Assembly: GCA_002633005.1 (NCBI GenBank)
Contig: NMRA01000371.1
Span: 124,001 to 187,859 of the forward strand
Direction: 5' to 3'
DNA length: 63,859 nt
Origin: Phoronis australis
Taxonomy: Eukaryota; Animalia; Phoronida
Position 1 is the first letter of the stretch. Each line of letters starts with the position of its first letter. Of this stretch, positions 28,061 through 41,699 are shown one piece after another. The position numbers and the translations under genes are program-made. The notes under the pieces are model-generated. The model was not told the origin of the DNA. It did not search any database and saw only the letters and a list, made by a program, of their open reading frames with translations.

Positions 28061-31000
28061 ATATTTATATGCATAAAAAGAAGATCCACCGCAGATAAGC
28101 AAAATAATGAAGGATTTGTTCATTTCAGGAAATTGTCCATTTCTAAAAAGCCCCAAGTAACTATAATACAAACCTCACATTCAACTTCACAAAACAACTT
28201 AAAATCAAACAGGCCCTGCACTTCTTAGAAGTGACACGTTGAGTACAAATACTGCTCATACCTGTCTAGAGACCACTTAAAAAGTAATCCAACACTCCGA
28301 GTTCAATCACTTTAATTTATAGCAATATCAGAGCAATTAATTTTATTGTCAGCAAGCAGTGATGCACTTCATATACAGTATTTCAACCTCTACACAATCG
28401 ACATATTTCAGTTTCGGACACAATGTGGCAGATAGGCGAAATTTCTATTTGTCAAAAATGTCAACAAAAATTGCCAATTCACTTTACTTTTAGCACGGTT
28501 TGTACAGCCTAGCTATTACCAAACAATTAGTTAAAATTTTGAGCATTTGTAATAATGTTATTGTAAGCCACTGAAAAATAGAAATATAGGAATATTTGCA
28601 ACTATTTTTGTCCAAATTGAAAAATTTTTATCATACCTAAGGTGATTTTCAATTTTCCAAATAGCAGACAATTCTTCCCAACTTAATGTTACTATAAAGA
28701 ACAGCCTAGAACTTCATTCCAGTAACTACTATCCAGCTAATGACAAGCCACATCTAGAACTTGACAGCAGCAACAGCTGGTGGTGGTGCCTGCAATACAT
28801 TGCTAAATTCTCTATGTACCAAGAAGTGGATTGCAACATTACCTGCTGAGTCCAAAAGCCCTGGAGAGACAGCCTGTCCAGAATGTCCGAAAAAAAACAA
28901 CACGAATATGTCCAGCCAACAAATTTCACTGACTACTCGGTACCAGATGTGGCAAGACCCTGCGTGATTGGCAGAGCGTGTCGAATCAGATGGACACAGA
29001 AGACGGCGGTACCAACTGCCTGGTACAGAGCCATAGTATACTGGGGCAGCATGGGGATTTACAAGTGAGAAAAAGCATATCAGTGACAAGGAAACATGAC
29101 CACAGCTCGCTAATGATAACAGGGATGGCTGAAGTTGGCTGTAAAGGTGCAACACCACCATGCAATTCAAATGAGTGAGTGGCCAGAACCTGGAAGGTCC
29201 AAAATAGCCACAGCGGCCAAAACCACCATTATGGTCCCAATAGGTGCTAGCAATAACCAAACATGCACTAATTGTTGTTAGACAGAACTAAAGATACTTC
29301 AAAGCATCATAACCATCACATTTGGACTTCCACAAATTACAGGAAATTGAAAATAACACCAAAATATCTTACCTTGTATGTCTTGAAACACAAATTGAAA
29401 CCATATGAGGAAGATTGAAGACTTTTCGACAACGTAATCAATATTTTGGAACTTGTGTCAACGACAATCCACAGACAATTTAAGTAGATTATTTTGGCAT
29501 ACAGTGCACTTTTCATTTGATTTTCTAACAGACAGTTTTCAAATCTGGTGTCCAGGAAAAGTCGAGCTGACAGGGATGAAATGCGATTTCTTTCCTTACA
29601 GACATTTTGAAATGCACATTTTAAATGAATCGCTTGAACATTACACCGTAGTGGTAATGTTGACAGCATCATGGTGCTACTCATCCTTTGTGAATCGGGA
29701 AAAAGAATATTTTCGCTATATTGTGTCCTGAACCAAATTTTTGATGCTTGATTTCGAGTTTTAAAAAGCGTGAAATAAATCTTCTTAAAACAATTAAAAT
29801 TAATGCCTTTAGATATTAATTTCGCTAGGTAAATAACCACAAACGACTTTTATTGCCATCAAATCGGTCTCATATTCTTTACCATGACAGGATTCTATTC
29901 AAAACCATCACAGCTTTATAAAAATTGCTTCACTGTTTATTGGGATTGAGCACGGGAACCGTTTATAAGCCCCAAAGCACTTCGGTTAAGAATTCAAAGT
30001 TGACAGTTAAACAGCGGAGAAATGCCCCTTTAATTATTCAGAAACTTAATGTTATAACACCACTTTTGTGTATAACAGGATTACCATGGAACACATGCAG
30101 TAACTCAGTAAAACAATAGCAACTAGGCAGCAGGTAATTTGATGTTGAACAGTAGTACCACCGTATACATAAAAAATCTTTGGAAGGTGTATTAATGGCT
30201 AAACCTTCAACATTGCTCCAAGACTGAACCAGCAAACAACATCTAAGGCAGAAACAAATCAGAGAAAAATTAACAAAAATTTGATATTTTTTCAGTATAT
30301 AATGCCTACAGCGTGTGACGACAAATGGTTGAATGTAAAAGAAACAGAGTGATTCAAATGAGTTTCCGTGTTCCCTTTACTTGTAATGTCACTATGGGTT
30401 AAGAAAATACAGCTTTAGAAAGATCCTGGCCAAGGCAATACAAAAGGCCTCGAAATGATTTCTAGAATTTTGAGATGTTTTGGAAAAATCAGCCACTGTT
30501 TTTCAAACACAAAATTTAATTATGGTAGCTCAGAACTTCTAAGATACCTAGTTCATAATAGTCTCATTATATGCACTTCAAGCAAAAAACAAATTTCATA
30601 TTTCATCCCAACAGTTATTGTTGACAAATTGGCTTCCAACGATGACCACTCGGTGGCCCCCAATGGTGACCAGTTGACCATTCAGCCCTTCATGACAATG
30701 CCTGAGTGAAGAGTCTATAAGACATCTGCTGGAGTTATTGAACTCCAGAATCCATGTGATCATCTGAAGAGCTCCACACAAAGGGCGTCATTTTAACACC
30801 ATCATTATCTCTGAGATCTATTTACCTGTATAAAGGGCAAGGAACAGGAGGGATGTTCAATGATGGTGAGCATGTTGAGATATTGGTAAGAACAGATCAC
30901 ACAAGATTTCCCTAACATCAAAATGAAAAGTTTCCAACACAAGTAAACTCAAGCGAGGATTCCACAGGCTGTCGAGTTGTGGCATTAAAAAGTACATGAA

Positions 31001-33846
31001 GTACCAGAGCTCATCATTTGTGTGTTGCATATACGAGATATCTAGTCAGTCAACGAGTACCATATTATCCCAGTAGTACAAATCACAGGAAGACACAGTC
31101 AAAATACAGTTTTCAGCTGAGTTATGCCCAAGGCGCTTCAATTGGGAAACTCAAAACTCAGAGTGTGTGTTAAGTCAAGCACAAGCATTTAAAAACAATA
31201 ACAATAAGAAAAAGGTAAAACCTAAGAACAACGTTAAGGTGCACTCGGTCACGCAGAGTAAAAACAAGCAGGTTTAACAAAAATGACCAACTCACTTCTC
31301 ATATTTTGCTTCTTTGCCTGGAGATTAATAAGGTATATTGTAACCAAATAAAGACTTGACATACACTATAATGACTAACAGAATATGGTACTACTGGTTA
31401 CTATCTGTATACTGAATACAATACATATGGTATGTTTGATCCCTGAAGCACCGTCTGCTTTTCTTATCACCAACTTTAACTGAATACAGCATAGGAAGCA
31501 ATGCTGGCCTCGTTGCAACTCAGTTGAAACAGGGTGCTTAAATTGGGGAACACGAATACCACGAGGCTAGTCGTTCAGCCGAGCACAGGTGTTTAAAAAC
31601 AAAATTCTCAATGAGTCGGGGTGGGGTTAACCAGGTGGATAATTGGGGTAAATGTGCAAGAGTCAAATTAAACATAGCAGAATACAGGTGTTCCACCCTC
31701 GGAATTCTGCAAGGTGCTCCCGAAACGTGTTCACTGTTCAAAGCGAATTTCAAACATTTTGAGAGCTAAAATTTGCATCAGACAAGCATTCACAAAGACA
31801 TCCGCATTCTCAAGAAAGTCTCGATCATACTTATTGGGAGCGGGCAGTAAACTGAGCATGGCATTGGAAATTTGGAAATTTCGTGGGTGGGCATTTAGTC
31901 CAACATGGGTATGAATAGGGACAGGTATGTTAAGCGGAACAAAAACATAACAGAACATTAAGGACACATCAAGTCCTTCGAAATTAACTGGCTATTAACT
32001 CACATGACGAGAAGACCCACCGGCAACTGTTCCAAATGGGGAGTTGAAGTTTGGGACACGTGAGCCAGTCAGTACAAGTGCCCATTCCCCCTGCCCCATC
32101 TCCAAAACCTTGTCATCAAGGGAATTCTCCAAGACCCCCCTGGTTTCAGATCCAATATGTCACTTGTCTGTATTCAAAGGTGTGTAACTTCTGTGTTGAC
32201 AGATCACATTGAAACAAAGTGATAAAATTACTTGACAAATATAAGTGTATACAAGTACTTAGAGAAGCTTGACTGTCTAATTAAAATATACTTAGCAACT
32301 TGGTAATGCACAAATAAAACTACCCTTCTCATCCTGAAGGTCTGAACACAGCAGCTGTGCAAACACTGAGATCAACCAAAAGCCAGCCCTGCATGGTATT
32401 CAATTCTTTCACAGAAACATCAAGTATTTTTGAAAAATGAGAATGCAGTTTTTCAAGCAATCATTAAACTGAGCAAGTAACTCAGACTATAGTTACTGAG
32501 AATTTCTTTTCTTACCTTGAGCAAAAAAGATTGGTAAACTTGCTGCAGATTTGTCAAGGTTATGTAGGATTCTAGAAAAATGTCCAAATTGGGCAAATTT
32601 CAGAAAATCATATCTCAGAAACGGCTAACGGATTCATACGAAACTTTCAGATATATATGCACTGTTTCTAAAATGTATCACTTTTGCATGAAGGGCTATC
32701 AAAAATATGATATTTATGATCTTTGCAAAAAATTCAAAAGTAAACTAATTAGAAAGGATTATTTACAAAACTGAAACAGCATTTTCGAGATTTTATCTTG
32801 AACATGGTTATCACACAAAATTTGGTAATGTTTTTGATCTCATTGTTTAGGTGTGAATGCACCTTTCTTGTTTGCTAATTTTAACGAAAAAGACAGTGAT
32901 GTTTTACTCAATCAAAGGTATAAAATCAAAAATCAAATGCTCCAGGCTTTCAACTTTCAGAATATGTATAACTTTACTGAGTTCAAATCTACAGTTTTGA
33001 ATATTTTGCTAAAAATGCACACTTGTTGATACGATATTACACATCCTTAAAACATCTAAGCTGCTATATTATTACAGTAATGTACCTTGCAATTACACAA
33101 CAGAATAAATTGGTGTTGATACTGTAACAATGTTACGGTAACATGTTTAAATGTCAAAATTGTAAGGTTCATGTCCTGGATGCAAATAGTCAAAATTTTA
33201 TGAAGTGCAGTTTCACAGTAGCTTTGTAGTAAATATGGCAATTACAAAAGCATGATTTCTCATTGTTTCTTTTTACTTACAAAATTAAGGTTTTGCCAGA
33301 CTTTGTACAAAATAGATACGAAATTATTGTATACATAGAAGTTACAGTTTACATGGTAATTTTGACATGGTAAAAAATTGGCATGACACAAAGCACAGAA
33401 CTTTTGCATGCCAACTCCTGCGTGTTGCTTGTGTATTCTATTATTAGAGCTTGCGACCCGGAGACTAGCCATAAGAGTTTGCACTGTGAATTTCCGGCTG
33501 CCTGCTTGACTGAGTTTTAATCGAGTGTTATAGTTATCAAATCAAGCTCAATTTATTTGCTTCATTTTCATTTTGTTATTTTTGTTCATCAAGCCAGACT
33601 CTTGAGATTGGGTTCCAGATATCCAGCAAATTCTCGGCAAAATTGGTCAACAAACTCAACAAATACATTGTCATTCTGTGCACGCACCGAACTGCAGCCC
33701 TGGCTGGTTGCTAGTCTGACATCTGATATCTTTTCACTTAGTTTCTGAGTGTTTGCTCTGCAATTATAAATGAAAATTTTAGTACCTACTTACAGGTGAG
33801 ATAACGTAACTTTCGAAAAAATTATTTGTAATTGCGTAGCTAACTC

Positions 33847-33884
33847 TGTGTGTGTGGGTGTGTGTGTGCGTGTGTGTGTGTGTG
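33847..33884. repeat. (TG)n microsatellite
   Basis: Imperfect TG run; a second one lies at 35514-35560. Confidence 0.9.
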
Positions 33885-35522
33885 CCTGTGCATGTACATA
33901 TTATAACCACTTTCAATTGTTCCCATAATTCATTTATGCAATTTTTACCCGATGCCCTGATGCCGCTTTTGTTAATTCGATTTCTGAGCAGAACTGTTGT
34001 CTGTAGTACCCGTGAAATGAAAATTAAAAAAATGAAGTATACAGCATACGGTGTACTTGCTAACTACCCCGCTCTTGGCAGACGAGTCCCTCTTTTTCAT
34101 TTTCCCATCGTGGCACACCATCATCAAAATGTCCCGCGACACTGGCTTATCATATACTATTGTAATTTCCCAAGCGACAATGCCATATTTTCCATTTCGA
34201 CCAAAAAATATGGGACAATTCATGGGTTTTAGCGGCATCCAGAGTTTCCCATTCGACTAAAAAACATAAAACACTCTTGGATACTTTTGAGTGTTAAGTC
34301 TCTCGTTCGACAAAGAACGTTATCGGTAAGCCTTTGTGTGTTGCAGTGAACATTTCTTCCTTGCATATTGCCTTAGAATCAGATTTCCTGCTTTTTATCT
34401 CTAAGTTCTGGTTTACAATCCAGTTGCCTCAACGATGCAACAGGTTTTCAAAATAACACTGTCTCTTTGTTATGAATATTGCTATTTTCCAGAGTCCACT
34501 CTCTTTAGCAACATAACAACCGTCAAAATGAGGTCCAATTTCTCTTGTTTACGGTAACATGTATGAGGATCACTAATTTTTACTTCCTGAAGAAATGAGT
34601 TTATTTCTAAAGTTAAATTATGAAGTCTTACACTCTGACCAATGATGCGTAATAAGCAACCCACAATGCATTTCAAAGCTACATAATAGATGTTTGCACA
34701 TATTTTATCTATCCGAAAACTTTTGCAAACTTCCGATAAATAGCTGAAGTATTTAGTTCATTACAATTTTGTAAATATCACTGCATCCTGAATTTTTAAT
34801 GAAGAACATAATTGTATTAAACAGCAGCAAAGATCTAATTAATATATAAACATAAAATTTTGAATGGCTGCCTGACTAAATTCTTCACAGCAACTGTGAG
34901 GGATCTACTCGTGCCTGGACTCACCAAACAACAGCTCACAAACACACATGGACTAGGGGACATGGCTTAAGGACAGTAAAATATCACCAATTTTGAAAGA
35001 AATAATTTTCTCATTTTTCAAAGGCTTTGGTGCAGCATACGTTCAGTGAAAAATAAAATAAAAAAAGCAAAATTTTACTTGTTGGTCGTATTGTGGCCTA
35101 AATTGAACAGATTTTACTGTACTTCTTCCACAAGGTGACGTGAATCAGCATCCTTAAGAGTAGGGTAGCAACAATTGACTTCAACAAACCAGACTTTGTT
35201 TTTGATTATAAAACAAGTTATAATTATGTTTATAAATTCTATCCAATTTCATAACAAAACAAAAAACTTAACCTAATAACATCAAAATATGTGATGAAAA
35301 TTAAAAGTAATTGTAAGCCTCTTTGCCGCCAACAGATGGCACTGTAGAATTTTTCCAGGTGACGTATTTGCTGTTCATGAGTCAATTGTTAGTGAATGTT
35401 GAGACTGTGAGCCACTTTTTGGGGTGTATGCCATGTTTTTTTTTTGAGTCTGGGCATCAGTTAGCATGATCCCAAGCTGAGCCGTGTTTATAAGTGACCA
35501 ACTACATTCACAAGTGTGTGTG

Positions 35523-35554
<32 letters not shown>

Positions 35555-35803
35555 CGTGTGCAGATCTCTCGTAGCTGGCAAACTTGACCAGGCAAAGATG
35601 ATTAGACACAACTTGTACTTGCTCAAAATAAGGGGACAAATTAATAGCTAGATGTCAGTTCACAATTTCTCTTAACACACATCTTTACACCATGTCATTT
35701 TCCACCTCCGTCTTAGGTTGCATGGGATCAAAAGTGTTGTGTAGACGGCATCTAACGCAACATCAAAATTACACTCAGTAATTGAGTAAGCCACAAGTGT
35801 ATA

Positions 35804-36297
35804 GGCCTTTTCATACTGACTCAACTCTGGTCTGAGCGGAGCGTCGACGTAAACTGTGAAGTTAACTAAACCGTTCATAGTGTCTTCGGTAGTTAACAGA
35901 CTTCCAAGTAAACGGTAGGTGACGCTGTTGTCATCAAAGTAATTGCAAGGTAGCACTGCACGCTAAGATTTCTTTTAATGTGACAACTTGGGAACATTTA
36001 CATGTGCTAATTGACATAAAACTTATTTTTAATTTGATTGGTGATTGTTAGAGCAAAATATAAGCAACTAGTAGCGATGGCACTACCCTGTAACTTTTGA
36101 TGATAACAGTGGCACCTGGCAATAAAACTTTGATGGGACTGAAGCTGACCGTTCATACTGCACTCCAGCGTCGACACTCACCCTGTTTACTGCGAAGTCA
36201 ACTGGAGCTGTTAATTTCAATCCAGGACCAAAGTTAACCATTTATACTCACCGCAACTCCCAAAACATCGACACATCGACATTAGTATGAAAGGCCC
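35804..36297. mobile_element. ~500-bp MITE, copy 2 (opposite orientation)
   Basis: GGCCTTTTCATACTGAC...AGTATGAAAGGCCC; reverse-complement similarity to 26227-26722 throughout. Confidence 0.7.
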
Positions 36298-39200
36298 TTT
36301 TGGTAATCACCTTTTTACACAAAATAATTTTAAATATGCAACAGTCGTAAATCACTGACACGCCACCAACTCTGCAACATCTAGTTACAATAAAGTCGTG
36401 ACAAACATGCAAAATATTTAGGAGAAAACTGCAGCCCGTTCCACACCGCAACATATTTGTAAGCGGCAAGTACATGGCATTAAGTACATGGCAGCATGTC
36501 GGAACTCTTGCATGATCTTGTTTCTCTCACAAGAAACTTGCTCTACAGAACACAGATGAGTATTTAGCTAAAACACATCCAGATTTAGCAAAGCCTATAA
36601 AGCTACTTAATGAAACTTGCAAACTCATTGGCATGTAGTTCCATTTTCCACCGAATGAACCATAGTTAAGAATTTCTGCATTTTGTTGTAATGGTTCTTT
36701 CTTTATAGGAGCAAAATCACAAACACTTCTGCAATTATCCAACAATTCAAACACCATTACATGCACATTGTTAACTGCGTGAGCATGAAAGTTGACCCTG
36801 TTTCATATTCCAACAGTATTTGGCCAAGCACCTAATCAACACTCATTGTTAACATGTGGGTTTTTGATGAGCCAAACCACCCTATAAAAAACATTAGACT
36901 GTGGAGTCCATTAGCTGGACATGCGTGATATGTTGAGAATGGCTCTTTGTGCTGGACTGGATGCTATATGACAGAATCAAGACTAGGACCAGCAAATCAT
37001 GTGCTCACCACAAAATTTCGTGCAAGTTTTGTGAGAATCGTGAAAGTCTCCACAAAATATCACAGCACATTTTAAGCTGAGCATGTTGTGTGACTTCACA
37101 GATTTTCACTGGCGACTGACCGGTGTAATTGAACACATCCTCATTATGTTATTACATGATATAAATGTCCATTCTATTCAAATGAAACACCATGAATGAA
37201 CAAAGACAGATGGCACAATTATTTCTTGAAACAAGATAAGAAATTACGGTTATTATATTATCATTGTCAGACAAAAGCAGGCTGCACTGTCACAGATATG
37301 TAATCAAAGTTTTAGTATTTACTATTTAGTAACTCATGTTTCATTGCTGAACAGTGCACTAATATACTAGAATAGATACTCTTTCTTTTTCACTTTGGAT
37401 AAAAAATAAACATATATAATTTTTAAGCCATTTTTCAATGAACAGAATTTATAAGAAAAAATTTATAAGTTGAGTTTTGAATTTCAGGTTCACCAACAAC
37501 ATGGCCGCCAAAGTGAAATGCTAATGAAGTACTTCAAATTCTATGAAGTTGTACGAGAAAACTACATACAGGTCTGTAATTCATGAAACGTTTCAACTTA
37601 AGCAAATCTTTCAACTGGTGAGATTAGTCCTGTGTTCTTAAAAAGCAAAATTAAAGGAAAGAGTATCTTTAAAGCGATTTTCATAAATATAATTTCGTTG
37701 AGAAATGATAGAAAATTGTTTAGCTTCAATGAGTAGCAAAAACAGTAGAAGTTTTATTAGCCATGCACGTGGGCTATATACAAGTCAAATGACAATGTCA
37801 CTGATAAATCCAGCTATGTTGAGCAAGTACTCTTTTTGCTGAAAACAAATGCACAGGGATCATTTTAACTTTGCAAAGCAGGGCCTTCACTCATCCAATG
37901 GGAAAGCTGCCTGTAAGGTATTTTTGAGGTTAAGGGCAAAATCCCGCCTTCCCCTCACCACCAATGCCACTCCATGGTCACCAGCCACCCTACAGTGGCA
38001 AAGCGTCAAGTAGTAAAAACTATCGTTTAGCAGAAATGATTCTAACCCTGTGGCAATATTTAACTCTCCACATCACATGATTATAATAAAACAGGCTATG
38101 GAGAACACTGAATGATGGCAGTGTCTTTTTTCCTAACTGGTCACTATCTTTTCAATCAAGTCACTGGCTATCCAAATGGGTCAGAAGTGCTGGTAAACAG
38201 GTCCCAGAGACACATTAAAATAGGTTATAGAGAACATTGCCGTCAAAAGTAAAACATGACAGTATACATTTTTCATGACACATATGAGATGTCATTCCAT
38301 CAATGGAAATTGGACCACCACTACTTTCCAATGACCTACTAACACAGACACTCAGGTTACTATGCCTGCTATGTATTGCATCCTCATGTAAATTGAATTA
38401 ATTTCTGAAACTTCAGACAATCTTGGGTTTTGATAATCACAAATAATTGTCCTCTGGAAATAACTATGCAGGTTTTCCATGAATGAGTGTCTATGTTTGT
38501 GCATATGTCTGCATGAGGTTTAGATCACTAATGTGTTGAGTTACTGTAATACCAAGAACATAAATTAGAAGTATAATTCCTAAGCATTTACTTCACAGTT
38601 CAGCGAAACAATACCAAATAAACTCAAGTATAGCATTGGTGTTTACTACCTTTCAAACCAACTAAAAAAGGTGGGGTCTAATGTCCAGTCTGTAATTGAT
38701 TTCAACAAAACAAGTTTTAGATTTATTACTTGGTTTTGATCATATGTAAGAGCAAAACTTGCACTAATTTGTTACTATTAAACAGAACTGATGTTTTTAA
38801 TTGTCCGTATATACTAATCAATCAGTAATGCTTTCATTGCTAGAGACGAGGTACATTCCAATGTTTGTATCAGCTGGCAAGTTAGACACCATATCTCCAA
38901 CGAATGTCAGCGCCATACAGGTAGTCGCCATGTAATGGGAATGCTCATTTACACTGATAGACAACATAGTAAACAAAATGTATGGAAACAGTTAACTGTG
39001 AATAAGATTGGATAAAAATACACTACCAAAACAGCAATTATCTCCCTTTTTGTTTTTGTCCTTGATGTGCAAACTATAATGTGCCTGACCAAAAAAGCTG
39101 TGACCTTGGTCGTAAGAAAAATTGGCTGTCAACCAAAGATTTCTAACATATGGCCAAGTATATTGCATTGATAATCGGATTGATTTTAACTTAAGTGCGA

Positions 39201-40127
39201 CAATAAAGGAAAAAACAACAATAAAAAAAGACAAAGTTTATTGACAGGTAAGTCTGAACTTGTTGGGCTTTGGTTTTCAGTATATTCATTATTTTGGCTC
39301 AGAAGTTATCACCACCTCCCGGTGGTAAAAATCGAGTAAACAGGTCCCTCTTGAAAATGGCAGCCAGGAACCAGATTTCACGGAATAACGGACATTGCTG
39401 TAATGCAGTGAAAACTGGTTCAGAGTTGACATTTTCAAGATGGGTCCATTTACTTGACTTATACTCTTCCGGTGATAACTATCATTTGACAAGTTACCCA
39501 TGAGGGCTACCAACAATACCCTACAACAGCTTGGTAAGAAGACCAATTACTTGTTTTCTTGGATTCATAAGAGAACCTGTCTATTAACAGTGATTAATAA
39601 CCAGTATCAATCAACATCAAACTAAACCATTATCAACAAAGACTAACAAAACGAGCTAATTTCAAATACACTTTTCCTAAGGGGGGAGCAGGCAATCCAG
39701 CGCCCCGCCCTCCGAACACCACCAAAAATGTTATAATGACGGCTGTTACAAGCATCTGTCCCTGAGAAAGTGAGGCTGAACCCCTCCCCCAGCCAAAGAT
39801 CCAGGATCTGCCAGTGGCAGTGCCCTACATTTAGACATGGACATGACTATCTTAACAAAAATAATCCAAGTCCTTTAATGCACATACATACAAAGCACAC
39901 CAGCATTATGGAAAAATAAATTACCAATGAGACTAGCATTTTTATAACAAGTTACTCGCAGTTAACACTGGTTACCTTAAGAACTGTCTTCACTCATGGC
40001 TTACTACCTACACTAGGATATCTGTCTTTGTTGCAACTCGTGCTCGTTGGCACGCAAAATGAAACAAAAGAAATTAATTCGTCCGGCCGATTTCTAAGCT
40101 AAAAACGAAAAGCGGTGGTCTACTCAC

Positions 40128-40450
40128 TCTTCCACACTCTCCTGCTTCTCCAATCTTGGTGACCGGCGATTTTTAACAGGGGAATCCTCGCAATTTAAAG
40201 GCCGACCCCTTCGTGACCTTACGCTTACCGAAAGTTTATTCGACTTTTTGGACCCGTTTATGTGAGAAACACGTCCGTTTTTCACAACTTTACCCTGTAC
40301 AGATTTTTTCGATTTTTCGCGAGCAGAGTAACGCTGGTGCTCTCCGTTTATTCTAACGTTTTCGACAAGAACTTCATTTGATTCGTTCAAATTTTCATCA
40401 GTTTCTTTCTTCAAACCGTGAACAATCACCACGCACCCAGCGCCCGCCAT
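40128..40450 (-). CDS. AEBP2: AEBP2/jing first coding exon
   Basis: ATG in CAAGATGGCG context, open frame MAGAGCVV...QESVE, strong donor GA|GTGAGTA at 40127. The 323 nt (phase 2) exon joins in frame (GA+A=Glu) to the phase-2 acceptor at 5596. The linkage is inferred from phase and promoter motifs. Confidence 0.7.
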
Positions 40451-40494
40451 CTTGGTTCAACAATGTGACGTCAAGGTTCAAGGCAGGTCACGTG
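40446..40494 (-). promoter_or_regulatory. AEBP2 proximal promoter motifs (YY1-like, CRE, E-box)
   Basis: CAAGATGGCG over the start codon, TGACGTCA at 40466-40473, GTCACGTG at 40487-40494; locally CpG-rich. Confidence 0.55.
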
Positions 40495-41699
40495 TGTGTG
40501 AGGGGGTTTTCCGCACGAGGTGTTTGTTATTGTTTTTCTTGTCACTGGCTTCTCAAGAGGCCAAACACAGGTGATGAGCAGAGTAAACAAAGCAATGTTT
40601 ACCGTACAAGAGCAATCATAATCGTGCACGTGTGCTTAGTCAAGGTCAGTGTAAGGGCCCTGTCGCAACCCTGTTTGCTTGCTTCAAAAAAAAAAAAAAA
40701 AAAAATCCGGGATAACGGAAACTGCAAAACCGACAAGCGCTGACAAGCGCTACGCAAAGCTGACTGAGAGAAAGTCTAAGAACCTTAAGAATGATGCTGC
40801 AATGCGACATTAGAGGCATTTTTGGCCAAACTACAAATATGTCACACGTCCGACCGTAGTTTCGGAAAGGAGGGGGGGGGGGGTGGGTGCATATTTTGTC
40901 AGATCTTCTATATTATGCTAAAACGGTTAGGTACCAACAAACTCACCCAATATCTACTAGTTAAATAAAAGTCGGGGATTTGAGTGAAATTGCGATTCCA
41001 AAATATTATGTCTTGTCAAAATAAACTTTTACATCAAAAGATATTACATACGTATTTCAGAACAATCTATCAGATTTCCAAAACATGCACTAACAGTTAC
41101 CGAAAATACACCCATGGACGTACTTTTGGGTCCGCCTATTTCCGTAAGTTCCTGGTAAGCACAACTCTGTTACAACTGGTGGTCAGAAAACAAAGAAATC
41201 TAAACTCATGAACTAAAATTTTAAGAACCAATTTTCATTTAGCTATGAGTAACAAGAACACACATGATGTATTCCCATAACAACAATAAAAGACCTACAC
41301 AAGCAAACAACTACGTCTGTGAGGGGCAGTGAAAAATATATTCGTACCTATGTCAATAGGAACCCAAAAGACACATACATGTATGTGCCTGTCACTATGA
41401 ATTCGAAAAACTATACACAAATGCTTGACAGTAAATACATATCACTGCCAATACAAAAATACATAAAAATCTGTCACTAAATCAATACAATACATGCCTC
41501 AGCCAAATGGAAACTAAACAATACAATACATGTTCAAATATATGAACTCTTACATCTTTCGAATACACATGGGTGGAACATCGTGCTTCAGTTATCGTGC
41601 GTTTCATTACGAAACCGCGCTGTGGGAAGAGTACGCCGACTAAAACACCGGGCAGCATATCGTCTTGGCGCGTCACACGTTTATTGTCCTCCAAGGCAG

